Positions 41,763 to 59,419 of a DNA stretch of 64,000 nucleotides are shown here, piece by piece. Made by a program: the position numbers and the translations under genes. How positions within the stretch are numbered: the first letter of the stretch is position 1; the number at the start of each line of letters is the position of its first letter. The notes under the pieces are model-generated. The model worked only from the letters and a program-made list of their open reading frames with translations. It ran no database searches and was not told where the DNA came from. Source of the DNA: Amoebidium appalachense (Eukaryota; Protista; Ichthyosporea); contig CAVNZM010000013.1 in the NCBI GenBank assembly GCA_963693365.1, forward strand, positions 5,508,640 through 5,572,639, given 5' to 3'.

Positions 41763-42408
41763 ACAAACACACACACACACAACTACACACACACACACAC
41801 ACACATGCACGCACGCAACCAGACACGCACACATACGCAGGCACACATACACACCCACACAGTACGAACCACCACTACCACCACCTCCCCCCCCCCCCCC
41901 CCCAGGGAAGTATCGACTTAGGTATCGACGGGGGAGCTTCCTAGAAGCCCCGTCTCCTGAGTTCCTATCTATATTTTTCTTGCTTCTGCTTACTGCTGCA
42001 ACTTTAACCCCCGGCCTTTCCCACTGCCCTTGCCTGCATAAGCAACCCTGCTCGTCTCTGATCAAGACGGGTGACCTACTCATGTTCAAGTGAAACAGTA
42101 TCTGAGTTGGGTTTCGTTAACGAGGGGAATAGGTCGAAACTCGGGTACTGTGGATGACGTGGGCCCCCCCTGAGGATGGGCTCTGCTTATTATGCATACT
42201 CTTTATGTATGGCTTGCATTCTGCATCGTGTTATCCGTTTGTTCTTGTGTACTTCGTACTTTTTGACGCATTCAAAACCCCCCTCCCCTCCCCCCGAGTA
42301 TGGTCTCTGCCTATTATACATGCTCTTTATGTGGTTTGCACTCTGCACCGTGTTGTCCGTTGTTTTTGTGTACTCTGTACTTCATAGCGCATTCAAACCC
42401 CCCCCCCC

Positions 42409-42439
<31 letters not shown>

Positions 42440-43012
42440 CCACTCCCACCCCACCTTCGCCCTGCGCCGACTATATTTAATAGCTTCATACTTTGAGCTG
42501 GAACCTAAAAACTTCCCCCACCCCCAACCTGCACTTAACTTTGCATACCCCCTCCCCGTGGGCCCCCCTGAGGATGAGCTCTGCTTATTATGCATACTCT
42601 TTATGTATGGTTTGCATTCTGCATCGTGTTATCCGTTGTTCTTGTGTACTTCGTACTTTTTGACACATTCAAACCCCCCTCCCCCTCCCTCCCTCCCCCC
42701 CCCCCCCCTCCTTCCTCCCCCCGTCCCCGCCCCCACACACACGACACATCCTCTCGATGCACGCTCCCTGGGTGTGCTCTGCAATTTAAATGTTTACTAT
42801 GTACTATATAACGCGTTCTACCCCCCTCCCCCACTTTACCGGCCTGTCCCATCCGTCGGCTCTCTACGTCCTGTAATCCCCCACCCCACCCCCCCTCTAC
42901 GTACACATCACACTGTGTATCAAACCACATACCATCCCCCTCGCCCCCCTCTACCTATCTGCGCTGCTTACATACTTTGTATCAAACCACATCATCCCCC
43001 CCCCCCCCCCCC

Positions 43013-43044
<32 letters not shown>

Positions 43045-43804
43045 AAAAAAAAAAAACTCAACCCCGTGACTCCCCCCCCCCCCCCCCCCCTTTTTTTTAG
43101 GATGAGCTCTGCGTATTTTACAGACTGTACTCGGTGTGTTTTTTGCACTCTGCTCTGTATTGTCCGTTACTGACTGTGTACACTTGTGCTATATATTACA
43201 TCCTATCCTATCCTCCCCCCCCCCCCCCCCCCCCCCCCCAACATCTTCACCGTTTTGCTCACCTTGCTTGCATAAGCAACCCTGCTCGTCTTTGATCAAG
43301 ACGGGTTGACCCTCCCAAGTTCAGTTGATGCTGCTGTCGGAGTTGGAGAGTCGTATATACGCGGGCTAAGGGAAACTCAGACGCAATTTGTGACTTGGGC
43401 CCTCCCTGAGGATGGGCTCTGCTTATGACGCATACGGTGCGCATGGCTGATGTTGCATACTAGATGTTTGCCTTTGCATGTGCCCTGCACATGCTTCTCA
43501 TCGTGTAAGCGTACATTGTACCGTGTTCCGCATTCAACCCCCCCCCCCCCCCCCCCCTCTCCGCCCATCTGCGTTTTACACAGCATATTAACCACATTCT
43601 AACCGCGGCATCCCCCCCCCCCCCCCCCCCCCCAGTCACCGTACCAATGCCAGGTTCTGATTGGTGGCTATGAGGGCACTGGTGAGGCCGTGCTGTACTG
43701 GCTGGACTACCTTGGTACTATGACAAAGGTGCCCTTTGCAGCCCACGGCTATGGTTCGAACTTCACCCTGGGTCTGTTGGACCGCAAGTACAAGCCAGGT
43801 GTGT

Positions 43805-43837
<33 letters not shown>

Positions 43838-44285
43838 TGGTGGTGGGGGGGGGGGGGGGGAGTGATGTGCTTATGTAAATGTTGTGTGCGGGTGGGTGTG
43901 TGTGTGCACTTTTATTGTGTGTGTGTGTGCACCTTTATTTTCGGAGGGAGGGGGAGGGGGAGGAGGGGGGGGGGGGGGGGGGGGGGGGGAGAGGGGGGGG
44001 GGGGGCTCGGTTGGCTGCGTGTGTGTGCAGGGATATGTGTGGATGTGTGTGTGTGTGCTTGTGTGGCTGAGTGACTTGGGTGGTGGGTGGGGTGGTCCGC
44101 GCACGCGGGGTCGCACGGGGGGGGGGGGAGGGGGAGGGGATAGGGGAGTATGCGGATGCCTTGGGTTGTATACCTTTTCACACGTTTTCCGCCCGGCTAG
44201 TATAGTTTGCCGTTGTGATGTACACATAGAGACCAACACATACCCACTTCTAACCGAGACCACCATCGCCTTCCTTCCCCCCCCC

Positions 44286-44324
<39 letters not shown>

Positions 44325-44725
44325 ATGTACTCACGCGCCTGGGCACACGCACTCAAACATGCACATGCACACACACACACTCGCACATGCGCGCGCGCGC
44401 TCACACACACACACACACACACACATACACACACACACACACATTCACACACGCACACACGTACCCCTGCGCGGACATCCCTACACGTACACGTACACGC
44501 ACACTTACACATGCATTTTCCCCATATCCGCACACACACACACACACACACGTATACTTACACATGCACACACGTACACACATACACACAGACATCACCC
44601 TTGACGAGGCGGTGTCTGCGCTCAAGGCGTGCTTTGCCGAACTCAAGACACGGTTCCTCATCAACCTGTCAGACTACACCGTCAGAGTCGTCGACAAGGA
44701 CGGCGTGCGTGACGTTGCTCTGTGA
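37749..44725 (+). CDS. PSMB2: 20S proteasome subunit beta type-2 (beta4/PRE1)
   Basis: Exons 37749-37839 ([21 protein letters not shown]), 39998-40120 ([20 protein letters not shown]), 41483-41553 ([12 protein letters not shown]), 43636-43798 ([21 protein letters not shown]), 44592-44725 (..VVDKDG). Phases are consistent. Confidence 0.97.
41131..43540 (+). repeat. Cluster of a dispersed ~130-nt repeat family in PSMB2 introns
   Basis: Consensus GGCCCTCCCTGAGGATGGGCTCTGCTTAT...GCATTCAAACCCC at about 41131-41270, 42151-42278, 42296-42398, 42558-42674, 43099-43203 and 43389-43538. Further copies at about 22421-22523 and 51607-51736. Confidence 0.85.
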
Positions 44726-44919
44726 GCAAAGACAGGAGTGTTTGTATGAAAATAAAGGGTACTTTTGCAGTATAATGAATGGTTTGTGTATGTATGGCAC
44801 ACTTGGCACAAGAATGCCGGATGTAACCATAATTCTGCTATTATAATATGCGCTCGTGCACGAGTGAGCCAACACATACATATCCACACACATAAACCCC
44901 CTCTCTGTAGATCTACCGA

Positions 44920-44971
<52 letters not shown>

Positions 44972-45931
44972 AAAAAAAAAAAAAAAACAAAAAAAACAAA
45001 ACAAAAAAAAAACAGAACAAAAACACAATGACCATGTGGTAAACCGTGTGATCACATGAACTTCAGTCACTGTGTACACGAACCAGCCCGCCGCAATCAG
45101 GGCTAGGGTGCCCCCTTGAGATAATCGCTTAGGTGCCACGGTGTACACGGGCACACATGTGATACATGTACATGTACATGGACACATGGGTGTGTGTGTA
45201 CATGTAGGGGCACTGCATTATTCCTATTTTTATATGAGTTGTATTATGCATAGCAACTCGATGATGATGTACGTATATGACGTCGACTTAGTCTAGCTAG
45301 CTAGCATGTATATTGAGCCGACGTACGCCGCGGTATACGGGGAGTCCGGCATCTGCCCCTATGACAATCATTTACAAAGAACCGTTGACGGCGGCGCAGT
45401 AGACACACGTACACCGAACGCTGCACAGGGCGGGGAGAGAGAGAGGTGGTGGTAGTGGTGGTGGTGGTGGTGGTGGTGGTGGTGGTGGTGGGGGGGGGGG
45501 GGGGGGGGGGGGGGGGGGATAGAGACATAAATGTGCGCAATAGCAAAAAAAGATATTTGCGATGTTGCTGGCGACGGACAAGTATACGTACTTGCTGCAA
45601 CTCAACCGGGCGCCTTGAAGTTTTCCGCCTTCCCGCCAAAATTCTATATTTAGTTTATCTTTTTGATCTTCTGTTTTGATTGGCTACTTATGTCATTTGT
45701 GGGATCCCCAATTGCAAAGATCGTAATGTGCACATCGCGGCCGGGTCTGTGCAACTGTAAGGGGTTTACACACTTTTTATTGCGTGGACACTGCCGGAGG
45801 CCCAGCCACATTCGACGGCCTACTGCGTTTTCCAGCGCAGCCAATCAAATGCAGCCAGTGACATATGTACATGCTAGGCAACAATGGGCGCCATCGCAGT
45901 ATATGTGGAGGGGGGAGGGGAGGGGGAGGAA

Positions 45932-45998
<67 letters not shown>

Positions 45999-46634
45999 GG
46001 GGAGTAGGGTTGTTGCTTTTAAATCTAAATTCTTCTATGGTGCTGTTGTTGCGCGTATACGGCTGCGTATTACCTTCCACTGGAAAACAGACCGGGCCCC
46101 GGCACCCTGTAATAGGTCAAACAAGCTTAGGTAGCAAGGCAAGGTGCTTCCTTTTCTCCACTATTTAGGGTTCATTGACACTCACAGCAAGATACGGCTC
46201 CTATGTATGTAGCAACCTGGGCACTTCCGGACTCTGCCCTCTAGCCGTTGTACGATAGGTTTTTAGTTTTTTCATCGACAGAAAGTGGGGATCCGATGAT
46301 CTCTGCATCTCTGCTGCTGGCCATGGGATCCGATTGGGCCGAGGCTCCTCTTTTATTGGCTACCTTAATAGGTAGTTGTTTCAAGGGTTTGATTGGTCAC
46401 AAGTTTGCGCCAAAAACATTCCTAAGATTCCGGCAACGACCTTTTCTATTTTCAGTGACACCGTGTTGCCGAGTCCACACTCACTGCTTAGCTAAGTGAA
46501 TGAGTGACAGAACGACATTACGTTAACGGCAGCCCATGTAGGATTTAGCGAACGGACAAGACTATTCATTTCCTCTTTGCTACGAGTACCCTCCTACCGT
46601 GCCATGGTTTTGACCTCTTGGAAAGCAGACCACC

Positions 46635-48483
46635 ATGTTGCTAAGAAGTGGGACCCGGCGTCTGGCTGGTAAGTTATGATCCCACCCTTTCCTGTTTTCC
46701 TGTTTTCCTGTTTTTCTCCTTTCTTTTATCCAGCCTGACACATCAGCTTGCAGCCTGGACACAAAAAGGGCTCTTGATGCGTTTGTCTGAACAGTTTGTG
46801 GCACGGATATTTTTTATTCTGTTCTCTTGGCTCTACTCCACTTTATGTCCACAGGTTTATTGCAATGGGTGCATGCAGGCTCACACAGGCTTTACCACGC
46901 GCACTTGCTTCCCCATTATTCCCAGTCTGCGTGCTGCCTGCACAAGCTTAGAAAAGCAATTCTCTGCAGCACACATTAACCGTCCCTCCCCCCCCCCCCC
47001 CCTCCCTCCCCTCCCCCTCCCCCCTCCTCCACCGCCTCTGGATCTGCACAAGATCGTTTTCCTGTGGTCAATCACACAGAGTTTTCTCCCTGGTATTCCA
47101 TTCTATTCTGTTGCACGTCCTTCTCTGAAGTGGGATATAAACGTAAGAATAGTATTTGACACTCATGTAGTTGCGCATTTCGAAAATGCATGCACATGTC
47201 CCATGCAAGTGCACCAGACGCACCTACTCCGTTTCCACGCACGCACAAGCACACACACACAGGCACGCGCACACACGCACACGCACACGCACACGCACAC
47301 GCACAAGCACACACAAACGCACACATACACACATTGCTCCTTCGTCTTCCACCTGTGCTTACATGCACACACACATTCAAGCAGCATGTCCTGTCACACA
47401 GTTGCAAACAGTTAGGCACTGAGATATTCCTTGGAACGGAAACGCCCACCCACCCACCTACCCTCCCACGCACACATTCCCATGCACCCTATGCACTCAA
47501 ACACCAATGCACTTACGCACGATTGGGCCCATGCATGCGCGCATCCACGCACAGCGCACATGTACACCCTTCACACATGTGCACGCTTCGAACTTATTTT
47601 GCTGCAGGCTTTGTACTCCTGCTAATTGATACTTTTTTTTACGTAACCTGACGGAATTTGTGTTGTTCAGTTTGTGGAGCCCTCCGCCCCCCTCCCCCCT
47701 CCCCCCTCCCCATACCCCTCCTCTCCTTCGCCCCCCCCTCCCCCCCCGCCCCCCACCACCTCCCCCTGGGGGGGTTATGGTTGTTGGGATGAGTATATTA
47801 CTGAGTGTTGTGTTGTCCCCCCGGTGGTCGTCCTTGTCCCAGTATGATGCGACGTGTATACACTTCACATGTACTTTCAGTATATGATAATTATAATACG
47901 CCTACACACCCTTGGGCACCCTCCCCCCCCCCCCTCTCCCTTTCCCTCCCTCCGCGCCCTCCCTCCCTCCCCCCCCCCCCCTCCCTGCTCACACATGCCA
48001 ACTCCCCGCCACTCCCTACCTTATACCCAGTTCATAGGCATAGGGCACACACACATTCCCCCTCACATACGTGCACTTTCTTTCTCCGCCCACCTGTATA
48101 GTTATCCGTATCTCTCACCACTGTCTGACTTTTCCTCTCTCCATGCCTTGTTTTCTCAATTCTACTGCTCATTCCTCTTCAAGCATCACACACCTCCGTT
48201 TATTTTCCTTTTATGCATGCCCCAGTTATTGACGTGTCGAAAGGCATACACGATGGGAAACAATCAAATCTGATACGCAGAGGCAACCGCATGAACACCA
48301 CACACAAACACACACACGCAGGCCCACATACACATGCATAATACACATGCATGCATACACCCACATGTACACACTATCAGCCTTGCACACAAAATGCTCT
48401 GAACCTGGTTACCCCTCCCCCCCACCACCTCCTCCTCCCACCTCCCCACACACACAGATACACATACATGCACACCTGCAGGC

Positions 48484-48517
<34 letters not shown>

Positions 48518-50595
48518 TATCCACACACACAAATACACACACACACCCAGTACATGTGCACACTGGCTTCCCCCCCCCCCCCCCCCCCCCCCCCCCTCCC
48601 CCACCTCCCCCCCTCCATCTCCCCCCCCCTCCCTCCCTCCCCTCCTTCCTCACCCCCTCCCTCCCTCCATCCCACCACCCCTCCCTCCCACCCCTCCCCC
48701 TCCCTCTGCTTGTGTTCTAACAATCATAACCATCCCAGGCCACAGCCACCTGCTAGCCCTACCCCCCGAGCTTGTCACCCACATCATTCGGTTTCTACCG
48801 TTGGCCGACCGTAAAAACTTTTCTCTGGTGTGCCGCTGCTTCTGCGCTCTCGCACGGTCCCCCCGGGCCGGACTCGTAACCCTCTACATCCCGCAAATCA
48901 AATTTACGGAACTAAACAGAACGGGAATTTTGTTTCCAAAGGTGGAAGACCTCAAACCATGGGGTGAAGCGGTCGGTTCGGTTCGAGTGCATATGAGGGG
49001 TTCGGCACAGACGGCGAATTTGACTGACGACGTACGGTTTGCACTAAAACAAACGCTCACGTCACTACAAAACACGATTGCGCTTCACGTGAATTGGGAG
49101 CACAATATGGGTGAGAGATACTGGAAGGAGGTGTTTTTTTTTGGTGGTCGCGGCACTTGGGAACAGAGTGCGGGAGGTGAACGTTGAATCTTGCGCCTAC
49201 GGTAGTGGGGACAAAGTTTCTGAGTGCATTGCCTTCATATGGGAACATTGCACACTCGTGGAGAGAGTCGACATCACATGCAACACGGCGTCCGACTTAC
49301 CGACATTGCAACCCAGGACGAGCATAAAGCAAGTGGCGATCAATTGCAAAAACAGCGACATTCTTCAGTGGGTTATAGGTGCGTGCCCGAACGTTGAAAG
49401 GATTAAAACATCATTTCGCTGGGGTCTCAATCATACCATGTCGGTATTGCAAACATACTCAAACCTCACCGACATAGAAATATTTCTGAACCCGCAGCTT
49501 CAGATGCATGGGCAGGCCCCTAGCACGCCCGTCGAGATACCCTACTTTCCCAGTTTGGAAGTTTTTAAAGTTAAAGCTCAGCAGCCATTGGATGTGAGAT
49601 CGTTGGGGTCATGTTTGCGTTTGCGCGAATTTTCCATTCAATGTACGAAATTACCGACGGACCTACCGATTTTCGAATCTCCGCGACTGGAATCGGTTGA
49701 GATCGAGCTATACACCCATTTGCCGATTATGCACATGAGCGGATTTTCTTTTCTCTCGGCGCAAGCACACATTCTAAAGAGACTCAAACTTGACTTCGTA
49801 CGTCTGGGTCTCAATTCCCTCACACAATTCACGGCGCTCACTTCGCTCGTTCTCAAGAACTGCATCTGTAGGTCAGTGGATAGACCGGCCGGGGAAATTC
49901 AGTTCCCCCTAGACCGCCACCCCCACCTCCAGCACCTGGAAATTCACGACCATTTTTATTTCTGCAGAGGAAATTTGGTTGGGGTTCATGCCACCAAAGA
50001 CCACCAGTGCCTCAGAGTCGTAGAGTTGAACGGTTTGGCCAGGTTGCGCGAGGTGAATTTTCTAGCACAGTGCGTGTCGCTTCAGAGGCTAGCTTTGATA
50101 GATTGCCCTGACCTAGACATGCACACAGTAAGCCCGCCGCCGTCCGTCGCCGAAATTTACGTCGAACGGGTGCGAGGAACGACACTTTTTCCGATGGCCA
50201 ACTACCCATACCTCCGCCAAATCACACTCCGTGGGTGTGTTCTTCGTTCCCTCGGAGATGGGCCCGTTCATACACCGGCGCTAACCAGCGTCACTATCGA
50301 AGGTTGTGAGGAATTGAGAGAAATACGTTTACTCGCACAGATCCCCGCGCTCAGAACGCTCACCATTCACAACGTGAGCAAGGTGCGCAGTGTGGCGTGT
50401 CTGCGTGGACATAGTGAACTGCAGCGCGTGGATTTGTTTATGCCCAAAGTCTCTCTCTTGCCCCTTGCCGAGTGCCCCAACATAAAGAGTGGCTCGGTTC
50501 GACACGTTCACAAGTGGAGTAACGGGCTAAGGGCAGTGGCAAACCAGGAGAAGCGAATCGCCGCCCTCGAAACTGCTCTAAGCAAAAGACAATAG
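46635..50595 (+). CDS. F-box protein with C-terminal leucine-rich repeats (one homopolymer frameshift)
   Basis: Putative exon 1 46635-46668 (caccATG...G|gtaagt, phase 1) joins exon 48739-50595. F-box motif LLALPPELVTHIIRFLPLADRKNFSLVCRCF. LRR-like LxxLxLxxC units (LTSLVLKNC, LQRLALIDC, LRQITLRGC). T9 at 49134-49142 must be T8 to join the two ORFs. Confidence 0.85.
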
Positions 50596-50838
50596 CGCGG
50601 CTGCAGGTGTGTAGGAGCCCGTCCCCCCCCCCCCCCCCCCCCCCCCCCCTCCCCCCCTCCCTACCCCCGCGCCCTCCCTCCCCCCCCCCCCCCCCCCCCC
50701 TCCTCTTCCCCCACCATCACACCAACCATCACCACACACATCCACGCACACCCACACACAAACACACACACACACACACACACATACACATGTGTGCGCG
50801 CATGCACGACACACACACACACACACTACACACACACA

Positions 50839-50869
<31 letters not shown>

Positions 50870-50875
50870 GCGCGC

Positions 50876-50942
<67 letters not shown>

Positions 50943-51413
50943 CCACACACACACACACACACACACACCAGACCCCACCCTTCTCCTCTGCACCCCTCAC
51001 CTTCCGTTCTCCGCAGCACGCACACTCCTACTACATTTTTTCTTCTGTTCTTTCGTTACTCAAATGTTCACCCCACCTAGTCCCTCGTGATTACGAGCCT
51101 AAACATTCTACCCCCCCCCCCCCAAAAAAAAAAAAAAAAAAAAAAAGAAAGAAAGAAAAGAAAAGAAAAGAAAAAAGGTAACGTAAAGAAAAGAAAAAAA
51201 CAACTTGTTGTATGCCCCATGGTGCACCATCTGCTATGTGCGTAGATTGTCGTGAATGTGTATTTCCTGCTTGGTAACATTTTTAGACCCCTCCTTTAAC
51301 AACCCCTCCCCCTAGTATGGTAGCACGTATACACAAGCCCAGTGAACCCCCTCCAACCCCCTCCCCTCCCTCCAAACACACACACAACCACAAAACACAC
51401 ACACACACGCACG

Positions 51414-51463
<50 letters not shown>

Positions 51464-51468
51464 CGCAC

Positions 51469-51504
<36 letters not shown>

Positions 51505-51735
51505 ACATGCACATGCACATGCACATGCACATGCACATGCAACCACAGGCACACACCACGGCATACAAGTAGCACCTCCCCCCCTCCGCCCCTTCCCCCC
51601 CCCCCCTGGGCTCTGCTTATGACGCATACTGTGCGCATGGCTGATGCTGCATACTTGAATGTTTGCCTTTGCATGTGTCCTGCACCATGCTTCTCATCGT
51701 GTATGCGTACTTCGTACTGTGTTCCGCATTCAAAA

Positions 51736-51766
<31 letters not shown>

Positions 51767-52972
51767 GATGACCTACGTCAGCTCACTAATTTTTCTAGCA
51801 TTTTCTCACACATGCATCAACACCGACACAACACCCACACACGCACACTTATATATGCACCTATGAAACACACGTGCCTAGCATTCACCAGCACAACCTA
51901 CACCCACCTCACCCTACCGTTGTCGACCCAGTTTCAACCCACCCCACCCCAAGCATGCACACATGTACACACTCACTTGTTACGCGCATGTACACGCGCA
52001 TGCACTCGGGCATGCGCGCGCACACACACGCACACACACACACAAACACACTCATATCGACACACAGGCAGGATGGATACTGTACGTTACGGCACTCCAA
52101 ATGCCAGCCAGCATGAATTTTGAGTAAGGGCAACCGTCGGCATACTCTCGGCCTCCCCTTCTGCCCCGAGCCCTTCTCGTTTGCTCCAAAACCTTGTCGT
52201 TTTGGTTCTCTCTTTCCTTTTTTCTTCTTCGTATTCCCTTTTTGCATTGACTTGTGTGTGTGGAAGGAGGGAGCGCAGCACCGGGGGGGGGGGGGGGGGG
52301 GGGATGGGGATGGGTGGGGGGGGGGGGAGAGGGGGGGGGGGGGGGGGGGGGAGAATGTGGTCACAGGTCTTGGCTGGTTCTGCTTTTGGTTTATTATGTT
52401 CGTATTTATTTTTTCAAATTTGGCTGTCTGATTGGTTTGACCGGTTTGTTGGTTGCTTTATTGTGTAACGGTGTAGGGTCATGCCTCTTTGTATCACTTC
52501 ATGGGTAGCCCATTACGCAAGGAGAGCTATTGTAAACTGATACAGTATCTTTGATAACATTCAGTTGTTTTCAAGTATAAATTGAACAATGGGAAAAGGC
52601 TATTATTGATTAGTAGGTATATTCGCACAAGAAGGTTTGTTAGCTTAAGGTATTATGGCTTAGGTCCCGCTTTCTTTTTGGGGGAGAATGTATATTTCCT
52701 GGAATACGTTTTTTGTATCCGGTTCATTCTTCCCCCGAATCCCGGACAAGAATTCAACCTACTTTTAGAAGAAAGTGTCGATTGTGTAATAGTTTGCTCC
52801 GTTTGTAGAAATTTTTTACGATAGATGAAGGAAAATAATAACAGCTGCAGAAGTTAATGTGTTGAATTAGGGTTTGTGTGCACGTGAACCCCCCCTGCCG
52901 CCCCCTTTCCCTTCCAACCCCTCCCCCCTCCCCCCTCCCCCCTGCTTCCCCAGCTCGCGCGCACGCACACGT

Positions 52973-53059
<87 letters not shown>

Positions 53060-53130
53060 GCGCGCGCACACATGTGCGTGTGCACACATCTGCACACACA
53101 AGTACACACACACAAACGATTCCTCCCTTC

Positions 53131-53162
<32 letters not shown>

Positions 53163-53257
53163 TGCTTGGCTGGGGTGGCTCACACTCAAGTCTCACCCGC
53201 ATACCAACTTCCACAAGCACCAACTGCCTTCATAGTGTGAGCTAGTGTGAGCGCGCG

Positions 53258-53308
<51 letters not shown>

Positions 53309-53645
53309 CGCACGCGTGTGAGTAGCGCGTGTGTATGTGTGTGACTGTGCGCGCGCACTCGTGTCTGTGCGAGTTGTGTGTGTTGTGTGTGTGCGTGTGG
53401 TGGGTGGGGGAGGAGGAGGAGAGGCCGGGGCGGAGGGGCGGAGGGGGCTGGGAGGGGAAGGAGTGGGGGGGGGGGGGAGGGGGGGAGGGGGGACCCAAGC
53501 TGCACACATACCACTCAGGCTCGGATATATACTATGAATTACACGTGAGTTGAACATAAGCTGTGTGTGTGTTTTTGTGTGCACGTGTGTGTCACTGTGT
53601 GTGTGTGTGTATGTCAGTGTGTGTGTGTGTGTGTGTGTGTGTGAC

Positions 53646-53713
<68 letters not shown>

Positions 53714-53776
53714 ACAGTGTGTGCGTGTGTGCGTGTGTGCGTGTGTGTGTGTGTGTGCGTGTGTGTGTGTGCGTGT

Positions 53777-53823
<47 letters not shown>

Positions 53824-54051
53824 TGTGTCTGTGTGTGTGTCTGTGTGTGTCTGTGTGTGTGTGTGCGTGCACGCGCGCGCGCGCGCGCGCAAATGTGTGT
53901 GATTTGTGTGTGTGTGTGTGTGTATTACACCTTTCGATACATTTCACATGAAGGGGGCAAAACCAAGGGAAAGGGGAGAGAAGATCGTGTGTGCACATGA
54001 CAGTTTTTTTTGTTTTGTTTTTTTTCTTTTTTTGCCCCCCCGGGGGCCCGG

Positions 54052-54087
<36 letters not shown>

Positions 54088-54250
54088 GTGCAATAGAGTG
54101 GGTGTCTGCACGTGCCTTGTTTCGCTTTGTTTATTTGGCGGGTCGGTAGGTGGGAGGCGGCGGGGGGGGGGGGTCATTTGATAGAACATGCCGACTACAC
54201 CTTCATGAAACTGCCGGTGCAGTGGCTTTGTTATCTTACAGACACACACA

Positions 54251-54289
<39 letters not shown>

Positions 54290-54713
54290 CCCCCACCCCC
54301 TCCGCCACCCTCCGCTATTTTGCCCCCGTGGCACCCCCCTGCCTCCCCCTCCGCACTCCCCCCCTCCCCCCCCACACACACACCCACCCCCCCCCCCACC
54401 CCCCACCTCCATCCTCACACTCACACGCAGACACAATATGCGCACACACAAACGCAGAAAACGGTGCATACACTCGGCAATCATCATGCAATACAGGTCG
54501 CACTCACATAATCATCCTTACCCACAAGGCACAAACTCTGTCAGAATGACTTGTGGCAAACACACATACACATCAGTTCGAAATCTTTTCGCCTTGTACA
54601 CCGGAAACCCCGTGCACTTAAAGTTTTCGGCTGTTTTTTCGCTGGAGCTGAACAAGTATCTGTTATCCCGCAACATGAGTTTGTTTGAGTCGTGCATACT
54701 GTATGTAGAGGGC

Positions 54714-54744
<31 letters not shown>

Positions 54745-55116
54745 CTCCCCCCCCTTTCCCCCTCTCCCCCCCCCCCTCCCTTCACCCCCCCGGCTCCCCC
54801 ATCTCTCCGCTGCCGTTTTCTTATGTTATAAGAATGGGACCTAAGCAAATAGGTTGCATTTCGGGCCAGGCCCAACAAGAGGGTTCACCTGGCGAGCAGC
54901 GCTCGGGAGAGGGGTGGCGCCGGGGAAGGGGGGGGAAGGGGGGGGGGGGGGGGGGGGGGGGGGGGACATTTCAGTAAAAAGAAGCCGTCGTAAGGAAGAC
55001 TACGATTAGTCAGAACAATCCTGAACACAGATGACAGTTCCAACCAAAGTGAGTGCAATATTTGGTTATTTTTTTGCGCCTGTGTGTGCACTTGCGCTTG
55101 TGTGTGTGCGCAAGGT

Positions 55117-55174
<58 letters not shown>

Positions 55175-55947
55175 CTGACGGTGCAGGCTCACGCTAAATA
55201 GATGATCCAGTAATAAGCTTATCATATAGCCGCAGGGTGTAACACAGATTGGGTCGGGTTGAAGTTATTCCAGACAAGTTGGCCAGAGCCCCGCATGATG
55301 TCTATATCGTAATTGGAAATTGTTTTTGATGATTCCACATTTCCCATTCTGTATATAGATCATGATCACTGTGTAGTTGATGTCATAAGTCAATAGGACC
55401 AGATGGTCACAGTGGGATATTTTAATAAGACCAGATTCTTACCAAGGATTACATATGCGTAACCGCTTTAAGTAGTCGTGGGCACCAGTCCCAACAACAC
55501 GATAAACTACATAGGTACATGAGTATTCACAAACTTTTAAAGCACAACATTAAGAATCTCTTCTGCTGCATACATAAAAAATAAGGCAACTGAAATGGCA
55601 CCAGGCTCCAATGAAATCGCCGCGCTGTTGTTTCCAGCCGGCTCTGCCCCCTTTGTGATTGGTGGAAGGGTAGCCAATGGCGTCTCAGCAATCTGGATCG
55701 TGCTCACATAGCTAACGCTGGCGGCTGTAGTGGATGGGTCTTGAGTGATGGCGGTGGCGGTGGTAGCGAGAGGGGCTTCTGAGTACCCTGCGCTTGTAGT
55801 TGGTTTAATGCTGCTTCTGATGGTGGTGGTGGTGGTGGTGGTGGTGGTGGTTTTGGCCGGTGTGGTTGTGTAGGCCGGTGTTTTGTATGCAACTGTGGTT
55901 GTTGTTACTGGTTCTCTTGTGGTGGTGGTGATGGTATTCACAAACTT

Positions 55948-59419
<3,472 letters not shown>

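Noticed and set aside
42136-42180. Hammerhead ribozyme (GAAAC...CTGAGGA)
   Set aside because: Core-like words are present, but stems I and II cannot form and the 43372 copy lacks a suitably placed GUH.
55537-55941. Independent 134-aa Thr-rich gene
   Set aside because: It is the duplicated 3' end of the protease gene, and its GTG start is created at the junction.
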